This document shows positions 17,501 through 24,000 of a stretch of 24,000 nt of DNA, in pieces. Every line of letters starts with the position of its first letter. Within the stretch, counting starts at the first letter, position 1. Both the position numbers and the translations under genes were made by a program. Location of the stretch: positions 17,667-41,666 of the forward strand of contig NZ_JACHGH010000008.1 of NCBI RefSeq assembly GCF_014207435.1. Direction: 5' to 3'. The stretch comes from Salirhabdus euzebyi. GTDB taxonomy: Bacteria > Bacillota > Bacilli > Bacillales > Alkalibacillaceae. The notes below the pieces were generated by a model, which searched no databases, was not told the origin of the DNA, and worked only from the letters and a program-made list of their open reading frames with translations.

Positions 17501-17611
17501 CTAGAGAATAGAAATGATTAGTAGAGAAAAAAATTTGGAATGGGGGAAAGGGAATCAAGAGGCAGCAGTCATCTATCTAGAATTCTCTTGGTATTTGACT
17601 AGACCAAACGC

Positions 17612-17650
17612 AACAAAAAAAGCCTTTGTCTACTAAAGACAAAGGCTTTC
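17612..17650 (-). terminator. Rho-independent terminator after efp
   Basis: A perfect 13-bp stem aaagcctttgtct (17619-17631) / agacaaaggcttt (17637-17649) is followed on the minus-strand RNA by UUUUUUUGUU. Confidence 0.88.
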
Positions 17651-17656
17651 ACACGA

Positions 17657-18214
17657 TTAACCACGTGATACATATTTACCATCACTAGTATTAATAATTA
17701 ATGTATCCCCTTCATTTACGAAGAAAGGTACTTGAACAACTAAACCAGTTTCAACCGTTGCTGGCTTCGTTCCACCACTAGCCGTATCCCCTTTAATACC
17801 TGGTTCTGTTTCTACTACTTTTAACTCCACTGTATTTGGTAACTCTACACCGAGTGTTTCACCAGCATATATTAGAATAGTTACGGACATATTTTCTTTC
17901 AAATAGTTTAGTTCATCTTCTAGTTGGGAAGATTGGAGTTCTAACTGCTCATATGATTCTTGATCCATGAACGTATGCACATTTCCAGAAGCATATAAAT
18001 ATTGCATATGTCTTCTTTCTAAGTGCGCTTTGCCTACTTTTTCACCAGCACGAAACGTTTTTTCTTGCACACTTCCGTTGCGTAGGTTACGAAGTTTCGA
18101 ACGAACAAACGCAGCACCTTTACCAGGCTTTACGTGTTGGAAATCTATAACCTGATATATATTACCATCTAATTCAATTGTTAAACCAGTACGAAAATCG
18201 TTAACAGAAATCAC
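17657..18214 (-). CDS. efp: Translation elongation factor P
   Basis: 185-aa [47 protein letters not shown]..., near-identical in pattern to B. subtilis Efp. GTG start with AAAGGGG upstream. Confidence 0.97.
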   Translation of the reverse strand: MISVNDFRTGLTIELDGNIYQVIDFQHVKPGKGAAFVRSKLRNLRNGSVQEKTFRAGEKVGKAHLERRHMQYLYASGNVHTFMDQESYEQLELQSSQLEDELNYLKENMSVTILIYAGETLGVELPNTVELKVVETEPGIKGDTASGGTKPATVETGLVVQVPFFVNEGDTLIINTSDGKYVSRG

Positions 18215-18235
18215 GCTATTTTTCCCCTTTCACTG

Positions 18236-19306
18236 TTACAAAATAATTAATTCTTTTGGAGACTTTGTTAGACTGACATTACCTTCTTCCGTAATAAGTG
18301 CATCATCTTCAATACGACAGCCACCGACATTTGGTACATATATGCCTGGTTCTACTGTTACAATCATTCCAGGTTGTAACGGCTGTTCATTACGGAATGA
18401 TAAGCCTGGTCCTTCATGAACATCCAGTCCAATACCATGTCCTGTTGAATGGCCAAAATAGTCTCCGTATCCTTTTTCCGTAATATAGTCTCTCGTTAAA
18501 GCATCTGCTTCTTTGCCTGTTATTCCACTTTTCAAGCCCTGCATACCAAGAAGTTGTGCTTCAAGGACAGTGTTATATATCTCTTTCAGTTTGTCATTGA
18601 TTTCACCAACAGCAACTGTACGAGTAATATCAGAACAATATCCTTTATAATAAGCACCAAAATCTAACGTAACGAGTTCACCAGATTCAATAACTTTCTC
18701 GGTAGCAACACCGTGTGGTAACGCTGATCGGTATCCAGAAGCTACAATAATATCAAAAGATGAAGATGTAGCTCCCTTACTTCTCATAAAGAACTCTAAT
18801 TCATTAGAAACTTCGATTTCCTTTACTCCAGGTTTGATAAAACCTAAAATATGATCAAAAGCTGCATCTGCTATTTCACAAGCTTCCTTTATAATATTAA
18901 TTTCTTCCTCTGTCTTTATCAACCTTAGTTTTTCTACAATTCCAGAAACAGGTACAAGTTCAGCCTTAACCTCGTTTTTATACGCTTCATATGTACTAAA
19001 AGTCATGTGGTCTTTCTCAAAACCTACACGCTTTAATCCCAACTTATCTACTTGTTCTGCAACTTCTTTTACAATCGGAGCTTTATGCTCAATAATGTCA
19101 TAACCCTTTGCCTGTTCTGTTGCCTGCTCAGTATAACGAAAATCAGTAATAAAAAGAGCATTTTCCTGTGTAACGAGCACAACCCCTGCTGTTCCTGTGA
19201 AATTAGTCATGTATCTACGGTTTTTATCACTTGTAAGAATTAAACCATCTAACTTTTCTTCATTTAATGAATTTCTTAGTTTTGCTAGTTTCTCCACTTT
19301 ACCCAT
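18236..19306 (-). CDS. yqhT: M24-family Xaa-Pro aminopeptidase/dipeptidase (YqhT-like)
   Basis: 356-aa ORF with a creatinase-like N-domain and M24 metal ligands (DFGAYYKGYCSDITRT, HSTGHGIGLDVHE, VEPGIY, RIED). The ATG overlaps the aroQ stop by 8 nt. Confidence 0.92.
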   Translation of the reverse strand: MGKVEKLAKLRNSLNEEKLDGLILTSDKNRRYMTNFTGTAGVVLVTQENALFITDFRYTEQATEQAKGYDIIEHKAPIVKEVAEQVDKLGLKRVGFEKDHMTFSTYEAYKNEVKAELVPVSGIVEKLRLIKTEEEINIIKEACEIADAAFDHILGFIKPGVKEIEVSNELEFFMRSKGATSSSFDIIVASGYRSALPHGVATEKVIESGELVTLDFGAYYKGYCSDITRTVAVGEINDKLKEIYNTVLEAQLLGMQGLKSGITGKEADALTRDYITEKGYGDYFGHSTGHGIGLDVHEGPGLSFRNEQPLQPGMIVTVEPGIYVPNVGGCRIEDDALITEEGNVSLTKSPKELIIL

Positions 19307-19745
19307 CCTTTCTTTTATGCATTTCTAGGAATGCATGCGCAGCAACACTATAGCCAATTGCTCCTAAACCTGAAATTTGCCCCCAGCAAACGGGAGCAAG
19401 TAGGGATTCTCTTCTGAATGGCTCTCTATTATGGACATTTGATAGATGGACTTCAATAACAGGAACATCAACAGCACTAATCGCATCCCGTAGTGCAACA
19501 CTTGTGTGTGTATAAGCAGCCGGATTAAATATAATACCTTTGTATTTCCCATCACTTTTTTGTATTGCTTCTATCAATTCCCCTTCATGATTAGACTGAA
19601 AGCTACTTAATTCCCAACCATGTTTTTGAAGAAGCATACGTACTTCATTTTCAATTTCATCTAAACCAGAGTTTCCATAAATATGTGGCTCTCTTTTCCC
19701 CAAAAGGTTTAAATTAGGTCCATTTAATAACAATAATTGATTCAT
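19299..19745 (-). CDS. aroQ: Type II 3-dehydroquinate dehydratase
   Basis: 148-aa ORF LLLNGPNLNLLGKREPHIYG...FQSNHEGELI...INPAAYTHTSVALRDA...IEVHLSNVHNRE, the canonical type II DHQase motifs. Confidence 0.95.
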   Translation of the reverse strand: MNQLLLLNGPNLNLLGKREPHIYGNSGLDEIENEVRMLLQKHGWELSSFQSNHEGELIEAIQKSDGKYKGIIFNPAAYTHTSVALRDAISAVDVPVIEVHLSNVHNREPFRRESLLAPVCWGQISGLGAIGYSVAAHAFLEMHKRKDG

Positions 19746-19801
19746 AAGCCTCCCCCAGTGCCTCCATTCCTAGAAAGTCTAATATTTTTTAGTTTATCAT
19801 A

Positions 19802-20335
19802 TCAACCAGCATTTTGTGAGCTTTTTCCCTTATTACTACTTGCTAATTGTATATTTTCATATTCGTACGAAATGGAATACCCAATAAATGTTCCATACAA
19901 CACGTATAAGCATATACTCGTAATAACCGTATCCATTTTTAAGTCAGAGAAAAGAGGAACTGCCTCAAACATAGGGTTTAGGAAATACATAAATGCAATC
20001 CATAATACTGATCCAAACAATATACCGGGAAGCATGCCACCTCTTTTTTTGAAAAACAAGTAATAGACAAGGGCAGTACCTATGGACAAAACTCCAACAA
20101 TAACCATACTAATAACTTCCCCTAATAACCCTTGTGTCCATGTACCATTAAAGAAAGATCTTAAAATAAAACTGGCATGAGATACTTCCATAAAATTAAA
20201 GTAATAAGCTAAAGAAGCTAATCCACTCCAAAATACTCCGCCAACGAACCCAGTTAAAATAGCTTTATGAAAAAGAGACATTGGCTTTTTATGTTGGTTT
20301 TGTTCTAATTTTGGTTCTGTTTGATTATTCTCCAA
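19802..20335 (-). CDS. yqhR: YqhR-family integral membrane protein
   Basis: 177-aa ORF with about 4 TM segments (ILTGFVGGVFWSGLASLAYYF...), in a position syntenic with B. subtilis yqhR. TTG start with GGAGGTG 6 nt upstream. Confidence 0.8.
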   Translation of the reverse strand: MENNQTEPKLEQNQHKKPMSLFHKAILTGFVGGVFWSGLASLAYYFNFMEVSHASFILRSFFNGTWTQGLLGEVISMVIVGVLSIGTALVYYLFFKKRGGMLPGILFGSVLWIAFMYFLNPMFEAVPLFSDLKMDTVITSICLYVLYGTFIGYSISYEYENIQLASSNKGKSSQNAG

Positions 20336-20690
20336 TTACAACACCTCCAATAGTTAACGTTTCCCATTTAATAAAAAGACATGCTTCCATATGTCAAATA
20401 ATGTACGTTCATTCTTTTTTCTAGTAAAATATAGATAAATATCCAAAATACATCATACATATAAATTAGCACGTAGTATTTGCTGATTTATCAAATCAAG
20501 CCTCCGTTATCTATATTTTTACAAGTAAAAAAAGAATAATTTCTTAAAAGTAGGGAACAATCTTAGAGAAGTTATCTTGAAAAAAATACCACGCTTACCT
20601 AGTTTTTGTATTTTTTCATTAACTAATTAAAAAGAATGAAAATCGTTTGATAGTAGTTAATGATTCATTGAACAAGAAAGGAGGTCCACT

Positions 20691-21062
20691 ATGTCTCCAC
20701 GCAAAATAAATCCTCTTATTTATGTTTTAATCGGGCTCGCAATTATCGGCGTTTTTAGTCAGCTACTTTTTGATACCGCAGATTTCTTCCGATTTGTTGT
20801 TATGTCGGTTGGATTTGCAGCTATTTTGTTTGGAATCTTCTATTTCTTTTTGAGAAGAAGAGGTTCTGGTGGATTTTCAAATAAATATAAAAAAGCCGTT
20901 AAGCAATCAAATCAGAAATACGGTACTAGTAACGACCAAAAAATGTATTCTGTAGCCGCAAAGGCTCAACAAAAAAAGAAAACAAGCCAAAAGAAAAGCA
21001 CAACTCACTTAAGAGTGATTGACGGAAAAAAAGAAAAAAAGAAGAATCGAGCATCTTTTTGA
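20691..21062 (+). CDS. Small membrane protein with a Lys-rich basic tail (YqhP-like by position)
   Basis: 123-aa ORF with two TM segments followed by KKAVKQSNQKY...QQKKKTSQKK...GKKEKKKNRASF. AAAGGAGG lies 6 nt before the ATG. It is the only plus-strand gene and occupies the slot of B. subtilis yqhP. The family assignment rests on position alone. Confidence 0.7.
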   Translation: MSPRKINPLIYVLIGLAIIGVFSQLLFDTADFFRFVVMSVGFAAILFGIFYFFLRRRGSGGFSNKYKKAVKQSNQKYGTSNDQKMYSVAAKAQQKKKTSQKKSTTHLRVIDGKKEKKKNRASF

Positions 21063-21080
21063 TGCTTCGTTCTTCTTTTT
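21020..21080. terminator. Bidirectional terminator between the convergent yqhP-like and patatin-like genes
   Basis: The hairpin gagcatc (21049-21055) / gatgctt (21061-21067) is 7 bp including one G.U. It is followed on the plus strand by CGUUCUUCUUUUUU. On the minus strand it is followed by a U-rich run (rc of 21020-21047). Confidence 0.65.
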
Positions 21081-21099
21081 TATTGGCTCAAACGATCAT

Positions 21100-21990
21100 T
21101 TAATAAGTCCATCTCTTTAAATACTTTTCAGCACTTCTTTGGCCAATATCGATTAATCTTTTTTTCGTTTCTAAATCGATATGAAAATCAGTAGCTTCTA
21201 TTTCTTCTGTATTAATGAACATAATTTGATCCGAGGTTGTTTTTGATATATAACGCGCATCGTGTGCTTGCATCATTGTTGTAAATAATGCATAAAACAT
21301 GTCAATTGCCCCATTAACTTCTCTAGCTGGAATTCGATCATATAAAGAGCTTATTTTCATTCCTAAAATCGGCCTCTTTTTCTTTTCTCCATCTTTAAAA
21401 AGCCATATAGGAAAGTTGCTTAATAAACCTCCATCAACTAAGACATTTTTTCGCTTAGTTTGCCCTAAAAACTTTACTGGCCGAAAAAAAAATGGAATCG
21501 AAGCACTTATCCTAACCGCTCTTGCTATCGAGTAGTGGTTGCCATCTAAATTGTAAAGTCGCTCCAAGTCATCTGGGAATACAACTATTTTACCTAAAGA
21601 TAAATCGGAAGCTACTATTTTTAATGTGTTTGGTTTCAGGTCACTAAATCGATATATACCTTTTGCTAACAGCTTTTCTTTCATCCAAGCTTCCAATCTA
21701 TTTCCTTTATACAGCCCAAGACTAAAATAAAGGGTTAACCACTTTAAAAAGGGTAGGGCCCTTCCTATTCCAGTCGGTTCTTGAAGAAAATAGCCCATAT
21801 CTAAATCTAGAAATAAATGTTTTATTTCTTTCGTTGAATATCCCGCAGCTAATAGAGCAGCCATTATAGCTCCTGCTGATGTACCTGCAGTACGCTCAAA
21901 TCGTATTCCTTGTTCTTCTGCTACTTCTAATGCCCCTATAAAAGCTAATGATTTTACCCCGCCACCGGAAAAAACACCGTCTACTTTCAA
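21100..21990 (-). CDS. yqhO: Patatin-like phospholipase (YqhO-like)
   Basis: Motifs GVFSGGGVKSLAFIGAL (oxyanion GGGxK/R), GTSAGA (GxSxG nucleophile) and VDGGLLSNFP (DGG catalytic Asp). The track ATG at 22050 has no Shine-Dalgarno. The TTG at 21990 (MKVDGVFSGGG) has GGGAGG 6 nt upstream. Confidence 0.88.
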   Translation of the reverse strand: MKVDGVFSGGGVKSLAFIGALEVAEEQGIRFERTAGTSAGAIMAALLAAGYSTKEIKHLFLDLDMGYFLQEPTGIGRALPFLKWLTLYFSLGLYKGNRLEAWMKEKLLAKGIYRFSDLKPNTLKIVASDLSLGKIVVFPDDLERLYNLDGNHYSIARAVRISASIPFFFRPVKFLGQTKRKNVLVDGGLLSNFPIWLFKDGEKKKRPILGMKISSLYDRIPAREVNGAIDMFYALFTTMMQAHDARYISKTTSDQIMFINTEEIEATDFHIDLETKKRLIDIGQRSAEKYLKRWTY

Positions 21991-22065
21991 AATAAACCTC
22001 CCACTATTTTTTCTAAAAGTATAATCTGCGATTAAAAAATTTAGAACCATAGGGAAGGTTTTATA

Positions 22066-22497
22066 TTATGTATTTGATTGATTTTCATTTTCATCCTGAA
22101 CTTTTTTCAGTGCTTCAAGTCTAGAAGGGTCTTCCTCAAAATATTGAACTACATCACCAATCCGATCAATGGCATTCCAACTAAGGTGGTGTTCTATTCC
22201 TTCTACATCTTCATAAATTTTTTCTTTATCAACGCCAATAATTCCTAAGAATTGTTCTAGTAACTCATGACGATAGACTAGTCGCTTGCCGATTTTCTGA
22301 CCTTTTGCTGTCAAAATAAGTCCTCTGTATTTCTCATAGTTTAAATAACCGTCTCTGTCTAATTTTTGAACCATTTTTGTCACGGATGAAGGATGTACTT
22401 GTAAAGATTCTGCGATGTCTGATACTCTAGCGTACCCTTTCTGTTCTATTAATAGATATATTTGTTCAATGTGGTCTTCCATACTTGGGGTCGGCAT
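22066..22497 (-). CDS. mntR: Manganese transport regulator MntR (DtxR family)
   Basis: [52 protein letters not shown]...EGIEHHLSW is very close to B. subtilis MntR. I prefer ATG 22497, with TGGAGTG 7 nt upstream. The track TTG at 22512 overlaps that Shine-Dalgarno. Confidence 0.94.
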   Translation of the reverse strand: MPTPSMEDHIEQIYLLIEQKGYARVSDIAESLQVHPSSVTKMVQKLDRDGYLNYEKYRGLILTAKGQKIGKRLVYRHELLEQFLGIIGVDKEKIYEDVEGIEHHLSWNAIDRIGDVVQYFEEDPSRLEALKKVQDENENQSNT

Positions 22498-22544
22498 ATA
22501 TATACACTCCAAACTATTGTTACCTTTTTTGTTTTAATATAAAA

Positions 22545-22573
22545 ATCATACAATAGTTTACATACCATGACAA
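22545..22573 (-). promoter_or_regulatory. Candidate sigma-A promoter for mntR
   Basis: The minus strand reads TTGTCA (22573-22568), a 17-nt spacer, then TATGAT (22550-22545), about 48 nt upstream of the mntR ATG. Confidence 0.5.
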
Positions 22574-22599
22574 GAAAAGCTATAGTATCTTAATTAAGT

Positions 22600-22628
22600 T
22601 TAAAAAAGACGGCTAATTAGCCGTCTCG
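22600..22628 (-). terminator. Rho-independent terminator after the nrdJ-like gene
   Basis: Stem gacggct (22608-22614) / agccgtc (22619-22625) with loop aatt. The minus-strand RNA continues UUUUUUAAA. It lies 10 nt after the stop at 22636. Confidence 0.85.
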
Positions 22629-22635
22629 TTTCATT

Positions 22636-24000
22636 TTATAGTCCACACTTAAGTTGTGCACCACAGTTGGTACATGTATTACAGCCACCCATGTCCTCAA
22701 CTGTTCCTTTTCGGCATACCGGACAAGTATCCCCTACTTCGGACCCGATTGTTACATTCGTCTTACCTAATTCCTGAACGGTGTCCATCAATACTACCTT
22801 CGGGGCAGCTTTTACTTCTTGTTGTACCGTTACGTCTTGATCAAGCTCGTTTTCTTCTGCTTTTAATGTTAAAACTTGAGAATCTCTACTTCCATCAACG
22901 TATACAGTTCCACCTTTTGCTCCACCCCGATAGAGTCTTTGATAAACATTTTCCACTTGCTCTACTGTATAACCTCGTGGGGCATTTACAGTTTTAGAAA
23001 TAGAGCTATCCACCCACTTTTGAATAACACATTGTGTATCTGCGTGTGCCTCTGGTGATAGACTCATTGCTGTTACAAACCATTTCGGTAATTGTGCAGG
23101 ATCCTGATGAGGATTTGCATCTAAATATTCTTGAACTATATCTGCTTTTACTTCAATAAATTTACCTAATCTTCCGCTTCGATAATAGGTGAAAGAAAAA
23201 TAAGGTTCTAGTCCTGTTGAAACACCCACCATTGTTCCAGTTGAACCTGTAGGAGCAACAGTTAAAAGGTGTGAATTACGTATACCATATTTCAAAATAT
23301 CTTGACGGATATCCTCAGGCATTTTTGCCATATAGCCCGTTTCGATAAATCTTTTTCTTAATTGTAGCGTTTCTTTTTCTGTTTTTCCAACCAAAAACGG
23401 GAAGCTACCCTTTTCTTTAGCAAGTTCAATAGATGTACGATATGCAGTAGTTGCAATTGTTTCAAAGATTTTATCTACCAGTACATTACCTTCTGAAGAG
23501 CCGTATTCTGTTTCACAATAAATCAGCAAATCATGTAAGCCCATCACACCAAGACCAACACGACGTTCACCTAAAGCTTGTTTGCGATTAGCTTCTAAGA
23601 AATAAGGTGTTGCGTCTATTACGTTATCTTGCATACGCACGCCTACTTCAACGGATTGTTTTAACTTTTCATAGTTAACCGTTTTATTGTTTTTATCAGC
23701 CATTGCAGCTAAATTTACAGCTGCCAAATTACACACACTATACGGAGCAAGAGGTTGCTCACCACAAGGATTCGTTGCCACTACTTTTTGTCCATAACTT
23801 TTTGCATTGGTCATGTCGTTGGCATTATCGATAAAGAATATACCTGGTTCAGCGGAATAGGTTGCACATATATTAATTAAGTTCCAAAGATCCTTAGCTT
23901 TAACCTTTCTGTATACCCGAACACCATATCCTAGTTTATTCCATTCGCGAACATCACCTACTTCATGCCATTCGCTATTGTATGCTTTCATTTCCTCTGC
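22636..24000 (-). CDS. nrdJ: Class II (adenosylcobalamin-dependent, NrdJ-type) ribonucleotide reductase, C-terminal ~454 codons (the N-terminus lies beyond the window end)
   Basis: The frame is open to position 24000. The active-site motif TNPCGEQPL is the class II form of the RNR Cys/Glu loop, and there is a TVAPTGSTG segment. The C-terminal Cys-rich tail is CPVCRKGTVEDMGGCNTCTNCGAQLKCGL. The M at 23991 in the track is internal. Confidence 0.85.
   Translation of the reverse strand, partial: AEEMKAYNSEWHEVGDVREWNKLGYGVRVYRKVKAKDLWNLINICATYSAEPGIFFIDNANDMTNAKSYGQKVVATNPCGEQPLAPYSVCNLAAVNLAAMADKNNKTVNYEKLKQSVEVGVRMQDNVIDATPYFLEANRKQALGERRVGLGVMGLHDLLIYCETEYGSSEGNVLVDKIFETIATTAYRTSIELAKEKGSFPFLVGKTEKETLQLRKRFIETGYMAKMPEDIRQDILKYGIRNSHLLTVAPTGSTGTMVGVSTGLEPYFSFTYYRSGRLGKFIEVKADIVQEYLDANPHQDPAQLPKWFVTAMSLSPEAHADTQCVIQKWVDSSISKTVNAPRGYTVEQVENVYQRLYRGGAKGGTVYVDGSRDSQVLTLKAEENELDQDVTVQQEVKAAPKVVLMDTVQELGKTNVTIGSEVGDTCPVCRKGTVEDMGGCNTCTNCGAQLKCGL

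Noticed and set aside
1393-23058. All remaining antisense or alternative-frame track ORFs (1393..1758, 1768..2013, 4840..5022, 5332..5568, 6354..6572, 10178..10369, 10345..10602, 11089..11289, 13793..13987, 14263..14544, 15174..15374, 16054..16245, 16660..16944, 16721..16915, 17290..17493, 17967..18155, 18298..18483, 19052..19243, 19364..19555, 19737..20063, 21299..21535, 22656..22997, 22876..23058)
   Set aside because: Each lies wholly within, and mostly antisense to, a confidently identified conserved gene. None has a Shine-Dalgarno, and all have skewed Ser/Leu/Phe/Cys-rich composition typical of shadow ORFs in AT-rich genomes.
1-24000. CRISPR arrays, tRNA/rRNA genes, transposases/integrases, prophage or defence-system genes, riboswitches or T-boxes upstream of folD, dxs and aroQ
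   Set aside because: There are no regularly spaced direct repeats, and no cloverleaf-like or rRNA-like segments. Every ORF of 60 aa or more is either a recognisable housekeeping or sporulation gene or a shadow ORF. Most of the spacers upstream of these genes are too short (under 100 nt) or lack conserved riboswitch cores that I can recognise.

Overview
This is an AT-rich core-chromosome segment from an endospore-forming Bacillaceae. Almost all of it is transcribed on the minus strand. Gene order is colinear with the B. subtilis region recN-ahrC(argR)-yqxC(tlyA)-dxs-ispA-xseB-xseA-folD-nusB-yqhY-accC-accB-spoIIIAH..spoIIIAA-efp-yqhT-aroQ-yqhR-yqhP-yqhO-mntR, and it ends in a partial class II (B12-type) ribonucleotide reductase. 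Three things are not ordinary housekeeping content. (1) A 754-nt ORF-free, comparatively GC-rich, helix-dense spacer lies between ispA and a small 4-TM protein gene upstream of dxs. This is the hallmark context of the ~600-nt OLE (ornate, large, extremophilic) RNA and its membrane partner OapA, a ribonucleoprotein whose mechanism is still unresolved. (2) Two composite, nested-palindromic GC-rich repeat elements (8866-9163 and 11781-12217) are built from about 3.5 copies of one ~100-120-nt self-complementary unit. They are bounded by related imperfect terminal inverted repeats, and each sits just downstream of a rho-independent terminator. They look MITE/REP-like, generate spurious ORFs, and I cannot assign them to a named family. 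(3) An NrdJ-type reductase with a Cys-rich C-terminal tail adjoins mntR. Several ORF-track starts are over-extended; I re-placed them using Shine-Dalgarno spacing and homolog N-termini. About one third of the genes start with GTG or TTG. I found no rRNA, tRNA, CRISPR array, transposase or phage genes. All calls come from reading the sequence by eye and recalling protein families. No search or folding program was run.
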